From NCBI GenBank assembly GCA_964648205.1, contig CAZYNT010000002.1:11371-75370 (forward strand): 64,000 nt of DNA, given 5' to 3'. Below, piece by piece: positions 7,734-14,963 of this stretch. How positions within the stretch are numbered: position 1 is the first letter of the stretch; every line of letters starts with the position of its first letter. The notes under the pieces were generated by a model. That model worked only from the letters and a program-made list of their open reading frames with translations. It did not search any database and was not told where the DNA came from. Source of the DNA: an uncultured Gammaproteobacteria bacterium (GTDB lineage: Bacteria; Patescibacteriota; Patescibacteriia; Patescibacteriales; UBA12465). A program made the translations under genes and the position numbers.

Positions 7734-7741
7734 TTAATCTA
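7734..7741 (+). other. candidate attL core (TTAATCTA)
   Basis: The identical 8-mer occurs at 16546-16553, next to the tRNA-Gln 3' end. An AT-rich 8-mer could recur by chance. Confidence 0.2.
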
Positions 7742-7858
7742 TAATAAGCATAATATGAATATAAATTTTCCCTAAAACCATGACATCTTGACAAATTTAC
7801 ATAAAATAGCAAATATTCCCTGCCGTTTAGGCGGGAATATTTTATAAGCAGAAATCAT

Positions 7859-8668
7859 ATGAAAGCCTATTGCACAGCAGTTAAGGAAAAAATGCTGGAA
7901 TTAACTAGGCTTTTTTGTATAGAAAATAACATTTTTCAGCGCTTTGTTATCGTTTATAAGTATATCACCCTTATCGACAAGGATCCGATCACAAAAGACA
8001 TTTTACAAGGTATTTTTGATAGCACAGTTAAAGTGATGGGCGAAGCCGGCCAAGAGTTAAATGAAGACAAATTCCTTAATGTTAAAAGCGAGGTTATTCA
8101 TACTAATGAATTTTGGATATATTATTCAAACCTCAAAATAATATATAGTCGGATGAAGAAAATTAAGGAATGTAAGCTAGCCGAAAAGAAGGAATTTGAT
8201 GATTTATGCCGCCTTTTCTCTAAACCATACTCTAAAGAGTCGCTTAAGCTGTCTTTTAGGGTAATAAATAGCAACATTTTTGAGCAGCTTGATCAAAAAA
8301 GCTTTTTTAATGAAGACGATGGCGCTAAAAAAACCTATTTTGACCAAAAAAGAAGTATTTTATGGCTAAGAGGGCAAAAAGTCCCCATTGGCAAGCAAGA
8401 TAAAATAGGCAATGCCCATAAATTACTTAAATATATCTTTATTGATAATAAGGATAATTTAGATGATGATTTTTTTTACTCCGAAATTGCCGAAGATGAA
8501 TTTGATGACTTTTACGAATACAAGGAAAACCGAAGGCGTTGGAAAAGATATCATAATATTTGCTCTGAGGTTAATAAGAAAATTGAAGATGCTATAAAAA
8601 TTAAAGACTTCCTAATATTCAACACAGGAAGAAAAGGAAAAGTTAAGTTAAACAAAAAATACCTCTAA
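7859..8668 (+). CDS. hypothetical protein (269 aa), possible winged-helix C-terminus
   Basis: First gene of the plus-strand block. The C-terminal ...HKLLKYIFIDNKDNL...ICSEVNKKIEDAIKIKDFLIFNTGRKGKVKL weakly resembles OmpR/PhoB-type wHTH domains. Confidence 0.3.
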   Translation: MKAYCTAVKEKMLELTRLFCIENNIFQRFVIVYKYITLIDKDPITKDILQGIFDSTVKVMGEAGQELNEDKFLNVKSEVIHTNEFWIYYSNLKIIYSRMKKIKECKLAEKKEFDDLCRLFSKPYSKESLKLSFRVINSNIFEQLDQKSFFNEDDGAKKTYFDQKRSILWLRGQKVPIGKQDKIGNAHKLLKYIFIDNKDNLDDDFFYSEIAEDEFDDFYEYKENRRRWKRYHNICSEVNKKIEDAIKIKDFLIFNTGRKGKVKLNKKYL

Positions 8669-8693
8669 AGTTCTGAAAAAATATCGTTAAAAA

Positions 8694-8717
8694 GGCCTGT
8701 AAAACAGGTCTTTTTTT
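8694..8717 (+). terminator. intrinsic terminator after the 269-aa gene
   Basis: GGCCTGT-aaa-ACAGGTC (7 bp including one G.U) followed by seven T. Confidence 0.55.
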
Positions 8718-8808
8718 GTTGTTCTGAAAAATGGTACAGGAACTTCTCAGAACCCTATTTATCTATGATATGAGCGTAAACTGCCGGATAAAGGTCGGGG
8801 GCAGAACA

Positions 8809-9105
8809 ATGAATAAAAATAACAATAAAACTATGTTTATTTTAAAAGGAAAAATCAAAGATGATAAAACAAAAGATTTCGTCTCTAAAGACGGAGTCCC
8901 TGGTGTTGTCCGCTCATTATTTATCGATCCCTTAGGCAGTATTTACCCGATAAAGGTAAATGTGCCGCTGGACCGAGATTTTGGCGCAGTCGGCTCAGAG
9001 GTAGAGCTTAAGGTTAACGTCTTCCCTTTTAGCTATGTCGATGGGGTGAGACAAAGAGCTTATCTTTCTATTTACGTGTCTGAGAATGAAAACGATAAGA
9101 AATAG
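8809..9105 (+). CDS. small protein at the gVp/ssDNA-binding position (98 aa)
   Basis: The internal ATG at 8809 is preceded by a GGGGG SD. Size and position (just before the small coat ORFs) match inovirus gVp. There is no sequence-level proof. Confidence 0.3.
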   Translation: MNKNNNKTMFILKGKIKDDKTKDFVSKDGVPGVVRSLFIDPLGSIYPIKVNVPLDRDFGAVGSEVELKVNVFPFSYVDGVRQRAYLSIYVSENENDKK

Positions 9106-9172
9106 AAATATGGGGCGGCAAGGAAATATTTTAATCCTGTAAGTCCGCTCCAATTTCTAAATTTATTATTAT

Positions 9173-9340
9173 ATGAATTTCAATGAAATTTTATTCCATT
9201 ACCAAGTCTTAGACAGCGCTGACAATATTGTTAATTTAAGCGCTACTTTCGTATTGCCGATTGCTGGCTTATTTTTCTTCGTAAAAATAGCCTTAGGGGC
9301 AATTATCATAATTTACGTAGCTAAAAAAATATGGAAATAA
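9173..9340 (+). CDS. 55-aa single-TM protein (minor virion/assembly protein candidate)
   Basis: Hand-translated: MNFNEILFHYQVLDSADNIVNLSATFVLPIAGLFFFVKIALGAIIIIYVAKKIWK. It has a hydrophobic core and a basic tail. Confidence 0.4.
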   Translation: MNFNEILFHYQVLDSADNIVNLSATFVLPIAGLFFFVKIALGAIIIIYVAKKIWK

Positions 9341-9432
9341 ATGGCATTGAATTCGTTCAGATTTACACTCCTTTGATTATTATTCTTTTAATAATTTGGG
9401 GGCTTAAAAAAATAAAAGATAGCTTGAAATAA
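9331..9432 (+). CDS. 33-aa single-TM protein (g7p/g9p-like)
   Basis: MEINGIEFVQIYTPLIIILLIIWGLKKIKDSLK. It overlaps the previous ORF in another frame. Ff g7p and g9p are 33 and 32 aa. Confidence 0.4.
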   Translation: MEINGIEFVQIYTPLIIILLIIWGLKKIKDSLK

Positions 9433-9433
9433 T

Positions 9434-9535
9434 ATGACCGAATTTGAAGCAGTAAATGAATTATTAAAATGGTGCCTATGGGCTGGATTTCTCGGTCTTA
9501 TTCTTATTCCGTTCTTTATTAACAAAAATAAATAA
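9434..9535 (+). CDS. 33-aa single-TM protein (g7p/g9p-like)
   Basis: MTEFEAVNELLKWCLWAGFLGLILIPFFINKNK. It starts 1 nt after the previous stop. Confidence 0.4.
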   Translation: MTEFEAVNELLKWCLWAGFLGLILIPFFINKNK

Positions 9536-9558
9536 AGACTAGAAAGGGGGTGAAAAAT

Positions 9559-9807
9559 ATGTTTAAGAAGATTGGACTCGGATTTATGGCTTTCTTAGGC
9601 GCACTTGGTTTAAGTACTAATTTCGCTCATGCGGCTGCCGATCCGGACCTGACGAATTCTTTAGCTAGCACCACCGACTTATTAAAGGATAACGCTTATG
9701 CGTTCATCCCTTATATCCTCGGAGTGTTCGGCGCCGTCATCACTTTAACCTTGATTATCAAGGGTATTATGTGGGGCGTGAAGAAAATCAGGGGCACGAT
9801 CAAATAG
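9559..9807 (+). CDS. major-coat-protein-like precursor (g8p-like, 82 aa)
   Basis: An AAAGGGGG SD lies 8 nt before the ATG. The signal peptide ends FAHA, then the mature form begins AADPDLTN (acidic), followed by a hydrophobic core IPYILGVFGAVITLTLII and a basic tail KKIRGTIK. This layout matches M13 g8p. Confidence 0.6.
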   Translation: MFKKIGLGFMAFLGALGLSTNFAHAAADPDLTNSLASTTDLLKDNAYAFIPYILGVFGAVITLTLIIKGIMWGVKKIRGTIK

Positions 9808-9812
9808 TTTAT

Positions 9813-9838
9813 CGCCCCGCTTTAACCGGCGGGGCGAA
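9813..9838 (+). terminator. strong GC hairpin right after the coat gene (no clear U-run)
   Basis: TCGCCCCGC-tttaaccg-GCGGGGCGA, a 9-bp perfect stem. Ff phages also place a terminator after gVIII. Confidence 0.35.
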
Positions 9839-9861
9839 AACTCCTTTCTTATATTAATTTT

Positions 9862-10026
9862 ATGTTTACTAATATTTTACTCGTGATTTTAATAGCTATT
9901 CTCGTCCATTTGGATTATCAGTTTTATAAAACATACACTGAGCCCAGGCTTTATCACGACCGGCTCAAACTGGATGAAATTTATAAGAATTGGCGCGAGA
10001 TAACGAAACAACAAGATGAAAAATAA
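9862..10026 (+). CDS. 54-aa N-terminal-TM protein
   Basis: MFTNILLVILIAILVHLDYQFYKTYTEPRLYHDRLKLDEIYKNWREITKQQDEK. It overlaps the next gene by 11 nt. Confidence 0.35.
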   Translation: MFTNILLVILIAILVHLDYQFYKTYTEPRLYHDRLKLDEIYKNWREITKQQDEK

Positions 10027-11752
10027 ATTCTTACAATTATTTTTTTTACCAATATTTATATTAGCTGGTTTTTTCTTTACTAAACCGGCTGAGGCAGCTA
10101 TTTCTGTTGATAATTACTTTTTTATGTCCGACCCTAACAATTGGACACAAAATTTTACAGTTGGCACTTGTGATAATCGAGTTTTAGTTGCGATATATGC
10201 GACCTATGACAATGTTGCAGTTAATTCACTTACCTATGGCGGAGTGGCAATGACGCAAATTCACGATGGCGGTTATTCAAATCATCACGGTCATTATCGA
10301 ATGTTTATTCTTACAAACCCGGCTTCAGGTACACATAATTTTGTAGTCAACGCTGGGTGGGATATTGCGAGCTGGGGAGTTGTTTCTCTTTGCGGCGTTG
10401 ATCAGACAACTCCAATAGCAAATGCTCAATATTTTGATAATGTATATAATTCAAATTTTACAACCACACTTCCCGAGGGTAATTCGGTTTTTGGAATTGG
10501 TTATGCAAATTTTGGTGGTGGGGATTTCGGCACTTATTCATACACCCAGGGAACAATTCTTGGTCATGTGGAGCAATCTTGGACAGGGGTAGCACTTTAT
10601 ACAGCGCAAACCTCAAATAATTATTTAGCACATAATTTTTCCAGCGGTAACGGCATGTATAAAGATTACGGTTTTATCGCATTTAATTCTGGTACACCTT
10701 TAACTTACTGTGGCGACACCCTCTGTCAAACAGCCGATGAAAATTGTTCAACTTGTCCCGTTGATTGCGGAGAGTGTGCTAGCAACCCCAACTCGGGAGA
10801 TTCATTAAGTTTATTTTTCTTTTCTAATCCTTACACTTTTTCCAACCAATCAACTGCTATGGTTCGTTATTTGTATAACGAAAATATTTTTACTCCTTAT
10901 GATCATATAGAAATAAGAGAAATAAGCCCCGATTGGGCAACTAGTACTTTTATTGCCACTAGCACCATTATTGATAGCACGGGATTTTTTTCCAACAAGT
11001 CTAATGGAAACAGCTATTTCACTTTAACTGGGAATGCTTCAACGACGGGTTATGTTCATTATGAAGTTATCGGGCATTTAGCGGCATATTGGTCGCCTAC
11101 TTTAGGTGATATAGAGGCAACAACAACGATTCCGTATGTCGTTACGGTTAACTGGCAACCAACTCAAATTCCAACCGTGGCCGATATATTAGCCGCTAGC
11201 TCTAGTAATCCGTTTTATGATGACAATGTAATGTATGAAGCGGCTTGTAGTGATGAAGATTGGAATACGCCACCGCCAGAAATATTCGGCGTTGATGTGC
11301 CGGCTCTTAATCTGACAGTTATCGGCTGTAAATTTAAATTAGGTTTTATCATCGCTGGAAATAAATTCACAACCTTGGCAACAAATGGGATTTATAAAGC
11401 CGGAAATATCTTAAAAAATGTTTTCCCCTTTAATATCTATACTAATTTAAATGATTCATGGAAAGCGAGTGCTAATGCGATAGTAATGACTGAGCTTTCT
11501 TTTCTTTCGCCGGTAAATGGAAATTTGACTGCTCAAATTCCAACCACCGGAACATCAACAGCCACTATTGTTTTATGGGGTAAAGATATTTTTACCTCCA
11601 GTTCTACGCTAGGAACAGTCAATGCTCAAAAAACTAATCAATTATTTTTAGCTATTAAAACTATTATTAAATGGGCTTTGTGGGGATTGTTTGGTTTATG
11701 GGCAATTAAAAATGGTAAAGCCTTCATTGAAAAAATGACAGGCGGTGAATAA
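10016..11752 (+). CDS. secreted, C-terminally membrane-anchored protein (g3p-like adsorption protein candidate)
   Basis: 578 aa. The signal peptide ends PAEA|A. A Cys-knot CGDTLCQTADENCSTCPVDCGEC separates two domains. The C-terminal hydrophobic anchor is IIKWALWGLFGLWAI, followed by a charged tail. Confidence 0.45.
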   Translation: MKNKFLQLFFLPIFILAGFFFTKPAEAAISVDNYFFMSDPNNWTQNFTVGTCDNRVLVAIYATYDNVAVNSLTYGGVAMTQIHDGGYSNHHGHYRMFILTNPASGTHNFVVNAGWDIASWGVVSLCGVDQTTPIANAQYFDNVYNSNFTTTLPEGNSVFGIGYANFGGGDFGTYSYTQGTILGHVEQSWTGVALYTAQTSNNYLAHNFSSGNGMYKDYGFIAFNSGTPLTYCGDTLCQTADENCSTCPVDCGECASNPNSGDSLSLFFFSNPYTFSNQSTAMVRYLYNENIFTPYDHIEIREISPDWATSTFIATSTIIDSTGFFSNKSNGNSYFTLTGNASTTGYVHYEVIGHLAAYWSPTLGDIEATTTIPYVVTVNWQPTQIPTVADILAASSSNPFYDDNVMYEAACSDEDWNTPPPEIFGVDVPALNLTVIGCKFKLGFIIAGNKFTTLATNGIYKAGNILKNVFPFNIYTNLNDSWKASANAIVMTELSFLSPVNGNLTAQIPTTGTSTATIVLWGKDIFTSSSTLGTVNAQKTNQLFLAIKTIIKWALWGLFGLWAIKNGKAFIEKMTGGE

Positions 11753-11760
11753 ATAAATAT

Positions 11761-12036
11761 ATGAACGCAATAATTCAATTTATTAAAGTAATCCTTATCA
11801 CCACATTTCTGTCAGGGTTGCTTTATGCTATTGGCCAAGCGGTTAACAGTTTAATTCCCTGGTCAAACATTACGATCTTCTTCGGAATGATTCGACAATG
11901 GTCGAGTCTCATTGATTTCATTTTTCCAACTGATACTCTGTGGCAAATAGTTGGTTTAATATTTTCTGTTTATCCTTTCTTATGGTCAATTATGGCTATA
12001 AAAATATTAATTAATAATTCCGGTTTAAGAGAATAA
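11761..12036 (+). CDS. polytopic small membrane protein (g6p-like)
   Basis: 91 aa with about three hydrophobic segments, located between the g3p-like and Zot genes as in Ff. Confidence 0.4.
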   Translation: MNAIIQFIKVILITTFLSGLLYAIGQAVNSLIPWSNITIFFGMIRQWSSLIDFIFPTDTLWQIVGLIFSVYPFLWSIMAIKILINNSGLRE

Positions 12037-12040
12037 TTAT

Positions 12041-12892
12041 ATGGCTCTAGATGGCTCAAAATTTAAATTAATTACTGGGCTTCCCGGAAGCGGTAAATCA
12101 TTAATGATGGCAACTTTCGTATATCCTTATCTTGTCGCTGGTTATCAAGTCTATTCTAACTTATGGCTTAATTGGAAACGCTTTGATGTTTTAGGTGAAT
12201 GGGATACTGATAAAAATAATCTACATTATTACCAAGAAATGGAAGACATTGTTGATGTCAGGAATTGTATTGTAATTTGCGACGAAATTGCTGAGCCGCT
12301 CGATCCTAGAAACTGGGAAAACGAAAGCGGCGCTATTAGACGATTCTTTCAGCAACATCGCCATCACCACGTTGATGTTTATGGCACGACCCAAAATATT
12401 ACGTTAGTCGCTAAAAGTGCTCGTATTGTTATCGATGAGTGGACTGATTGTTTTCGCATCCTAACCTTTATCCCAGGAGTTATTATTTTCCGGGAACGTT
12501 CTATTGATAGAACCCAAATGCTAAAAGAAGAACCCGAACCAAAAGATAATGGTTTTTTCTCTTGGTTATCAGAGCTTAGATTTTTTCTTAAATCAAAATT
12601 GCTTTTTATTAAGTGGAATGAATATAAATTAGAGCTTGAGCATAAATTTTGCGAGAAGTGTCATGAAAGACACGATTTCAATTTAAATAATTGTCCAAAA
12701 TGTAAGCAAGTTCTAATTATTAAGCCAACGGGAATTTATGACAGTTGCTATGACATTAAGCTCCGACCAAAAAAACATTATTGGAAGCCAGTTAGTATTT
12801 GTTCTGATTGCGGGCGAGAAAATAAAGGTGGTTATAGAGGCGCATTAAGTGAAGAAGAATTCTTAAAACAAAAAGAATTAACCGTGAGATAG
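12041..12892 (+). CDS. Zot/pI-family morphogenesis ATPase with a C-terminal zinc-ribbon region
   Basis: 283 aa. Walker A is ITGLPGSGKS and Walker B is IVICDE. FFQQHRHHHVDVYGTTQN matches the Zot hRHxGxDixxxtQ block. The C-terminus carries CEKCHERHDFNLNNCPKC and CSDCG. No obvious TM helix. Confidence 0.65.
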   Translation: MALDGSKFKLITGLPGSGKSLMMATFVYPYLVAGYQVYSNLWLNWKRFDVLGEWDTDKNNLHYYQEMEDIVDVRNCIVICDEIAEPLDPRNWENESGAIRRFFQQHRHHHVDVYGTTQNITLVAKSARIVIDEWTDCFRILTFIPGVIIFRERSIDRTQMLKEEPEPKDNGFFSWLSELRFFLKSKLLFIKWNEYKLELEHKFCEKCHERHDFNLNNCPKCKQVLIIKPTGIYDSCYDIKLRPKKHYWKPVSICSDCGRENKGGYRGALSEEEFLKQKELTVR

Positions 12893-12918
12893 TTCTTTAA
12901 ATTGTCTATACAAAAAAA

Positions 12919-12944
12919 GGAGTCAATCCCGAAGGATTAACTCC
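12919..12944. terminator. bidirectional terminator between the convergent Zot and 97-aa genes
   Basis: GGAGTcaATCCcgaaGGATtaACTCC is a nested hairpin with an A-run before it and T-rich sequence after it. Confidence 0.5.
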
Positions 12945-12952
12945 TAAATTTA

Positions 12953-13246
12953 TTAAGCTTGCGCTTCAACCTGTTTCTCGTAGAAAAGGTAAATCGTTTT
13001 CGGTCGTCTTTCAACAACCGCTCCGGTTTTCTTGTCTTTCTTTTCAACGATAATGAAAGACCGAATAGCTTTCTCATCCTTACGGACGACATAGCCGTTC
13101 TTGAGCCAACCATTAAAAGTGAAGCAATTAACAAACGGATTATAGCGTTTGGCTTCATCTTCGCCCCAACGTTCGGCAATCTGTTTTCTAACAAGATCAG
13201 AGGTGTTCTCTGAACCTGTCCAATTTGATTTGACTGATATTGTCAT
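12953..13246 (-). CDS. ArdC-N-like ssDNA-binding domain protein (97 aa), the only reverse-strand gene of the element
   Basis: CFTFNGWLKNGYVVRKDEKAIRSFIIV...TIYLFYEKQVE resembles the TFxQAxxxGxxVrKGEKg...VFNxxQ pattern of ArdC N-terminal (DUF1738) domains. Confidence 0.35.
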   Translation of the reverse strand: MTISVKSNWTGSENTSDLVRKQIAERWGEDEAKRYNPFVNCFTFNGWLKNGYVVRKDEKAIRSFIIVEKKDKKTGAVVERRPKTIYLFYEKQVEAQA

Positions 13247-13312
13247 AAAATTAAATTAGCGACTGATTTTTAAATTGCCGGATAACGTCGCCTTAGATTA
13301 TCTATCGGCACG

Positions 13313-13544
13313 AAATGAGACAACGTCTGATTGCTTGCGACAGTCAAAGTGGAGACTTGCTACTACCTTGATAGGCTATAAGCTGACGTTAAAATGAGAA
13401 GCCACAGATAGACAATCCGCTCCCTTTAAAATTTAAAACTACGACCGGCTGCTGCAGTTTTTTTCTTTTTTGGCGGCATCCCCTTGGGGGAGCCAAAAAA
13501 GAAAAAACGCAGCCGGTAAATGAGACTTAAGACTAGAAATGAGG
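13313..13544 (+). repeat. four direct copies of AAATGAG(A/G) (iteron candidates)
   Basis: AAATGAGA at 13313, 13392 and 13518; AAATGAGG at 13537. All are in the non-coding region upstream of Rep. Confidence 0.45.
13445..13516. repeat. 72-nt imperfect hairpin (origin or packaging-signal candidate)
   Basis: Three paired segments: CCGGCTGC/GCAGCCGG (8 bp), TTTTTTCTTTTTTGGC/GCCAAAAAAGAAAAAA (16 bp) and apical TCCCC-ttg-GGGGA (5 bp). Small bulges separate them. Confidence 0.55.
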
Positions 13545-13618
13545 CCCGGCCCTCCCTAATATAATTAACTTGACCATACGCACACACCGGGCCGTCACTA
13601 CGAATATTAGATAAATAT

Positions 13619-13960
13619 ATGATATATAAAAACATTAAAAGAGAATTTGATTATATTATTTGGCTTCGAGAAAGAATTAAAACTTTAAGATTTGGAATTA
13701 CTAGAAGAATAAAAACCGACTCAACCACCGATTTCGAGCTTTTAGTTCGAAAACTTAAATCATATCAAGAAGAATACAGTTCTGTTGTTGAAGAACTGTA
13801 TTCCCTCCTCAAAGATGGCTACCTATCAGAACAAGTTAATAATCTCCGGGAAGAAAGTGGAGCTCTACCAATACGAGACGCCTATTCATGTTGGCCAAAA
13901 GAAGAAAAAGAAGAAAGTCGCCAAACGCCGAACGAAAGAAGAAATAATGAAGCAGATTAA
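13619..13960 (+). CDS. hypothetical small protein upstream of and overlapping Rep (true 3' extent uncertain)
   Basis: 113-aa ORF. The first ~65 aa look helical and protein-like. The last ~48 aa overlap the Rep N-terminus in another frame. Confidence 0.25.
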   Translation: MIYKNIKREFDYIIWLRERIKTLRFGITRRIKTDSTTDFELLVRKLKSYQEEYSSVVEELYSLLKDGYLSEQVNNLREESGALPIRDAYSCWPKEEKEESRQTPNERRNNEAD

Positions 13961-14579
13961 AGAATGCACTAACAAGGCTTTTCAAGTTGAAGTAATGCGA
14001 GATTTTTCTCTGCGCCGGACTAGATCAAGAATAGTCCGTTTGATAAATGCTAATCCCGATTTAAAAGTATTTGTCACCTTAACCTTTGATTCTGATGTGC
14101 CTAGTTTAGTCGAAGCTAATCCGATATTTAAGAAGTTTATTAAAAGACTAAAGAGAAAAAGACCAAATTTAAAATATATCGCTATTCCTGAATTTCAATC
14201 TGATAACGATTACTATGGCAGACCAAAACCAAATGGCGGCGCCGTTCATTATCATTTATTAGTTAATTTTGAAATGGCATCTGATGAATTAAAAGCTATT
14301 TGGCAAAATGGATTTATAAAAATAAACAGAATTAAGCACGTTAATCATCTTGGACTTTACGTTTCAAAATACGTTGGCAAAAATTTATTTGATATTCGCT
14401 ATTTTGGAATGAGAAAAATTTTGGCTTCTAAAAACCTTGAGCAACCAATTATTATTACTATCTTCAAAGAAATAAAAGAGTTTATTACGAATGCTATTGG
14501 CAATATTCCGCCTTTATTTGAAAAATCATATCGCTCTGATTGGCTTGGAAAAATTCAATACCGTCTATACGGTTTCTAA
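13815..14579 (+). CDS. HUH rolling-circle replication initiator (two-tyrosine, phiX174 gpA-like motif set)
   Basis: Motif 1 is VFVTLTF. Motif 2 is VHYHLLV (HUH). Motif 3 is LYVSKYVGK (YxxxY). The start is taken at MATYQNKLIISGKKVELYQYE; the ORF track starts at a TTG at 13785. Confidence 0.65.
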   Translation: MATYQNKLIISGKKVELYQYETPIHVGQKKKKKKVAKRRTKEEIMKQIKECTNKAFQVEVMRDFSLRRTRSRIVRLINANPDLKVFVTLTFDSDVPSLVEANPIFKKFIKRLKRKRPNLKYIAIPEFQSDNDYYGRPKPNGGAVHYHLLVNFEMASDELKAIWQNGFIKINRIKHVNHLGLYVSKYVGKNLFDIRYFGMRKILASKNLEQPIIITIFKEIKEFITNAIGNIPPLFEKSYRSDWLGKIQYRLYGF

Positions 14580-14617
14580 CTTTACCTTTGAAAAATAAAC
14601 ATAGTTCCCGTTCTTGT

Positions 14618-14803
14618 ATGGAAATTACGCCCAGCTTCATGAAGGAATTCAAGAAGCTTTATCAGAAGATCTTTAAAATCGAAATAAGCGACGAAGAGGC
14701 CTATAAACAGGCCGCCGATTTATTGTGGTTAGTGGAACAGACTTATAAGCCGATGACAAAATCACAGCACAATCAATATTATAGAAACTTGAAAAAAATC
14801 TAA
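14618..14803 (+). CDS. hypothetical small protein (61 aa)
   Basis: The ATG at 14618 lies within track ORF 14540-14803: MEITPSFMKEFKKLYQKIFKIEISDEEAYKQAADLLWLVEQTYKPMTKSQHNQYYRNLKKI. Confidence 0.3.
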   Translation: MEITPSFMKEFKKLYQKIFKIEISDEEAYKQAADLLWLVEQTYKPMTKSQHNQYYRNLKKI

Positions 14804-14822
14804 AATGTAGTAATATGTAGGT

Positions 14823-14927
14823 AGAACCCAACTAAATAACATCCGTCAAAGGATTTTTTATACTCTTCCCCAGAAAGGGGCGGCTCTGCTGACGAGTATT
14901 GCCTTTGGCGATATTTAGTTGGGTTCT
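14823..14927. repeat. 105-nt rod-like inverted repeat upstream of and overlapping the recombinase ORF start
   Basis: AGAACCCAACTAAATA (14823-14838) and its perfect reverse complement (14912-14927) form a 16-bp stem. It is extended by CGTCAAAGG/CCTTTGGCG (9 bp, one G.U) and TACTC/GAGTA. Confidence 0.5.
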
Positions 14928-14963
14928 CAGGGTCGTCCCTTTTTGGTATCTAAAAATAAATAT

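Noticed and set aside
12937-13635. Overlapping ORFs 12937-13194(-), 12959-13213(+) and 13426-13635(-).
   Set aside because: The first two are alternative frames of the ArdC-N-like gene. The third spans the big hairpin and iteron region, and its translation is dominated by the poly-T/poly-A arms.
13785-13814. TTG start at 13785 for Rep (MLKNCIPSSK...).
   Set aside because: The conserved-looking N-terminus begins at MATYQNKLIISGKKVELYQYE (ATG at 13815), and the upstream 10 codons overlap the preceding ORF. The choice remains uncertain.
14860-14900. Hammerhead-ribozyme-like core elements (GAAA and CUGACGA) inside the inverted repeat upstream of the recombinase.
   Set aside because: Only 12 nt separate the two motifs. 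Stems I-III therefore cannot be formed in any permutation.
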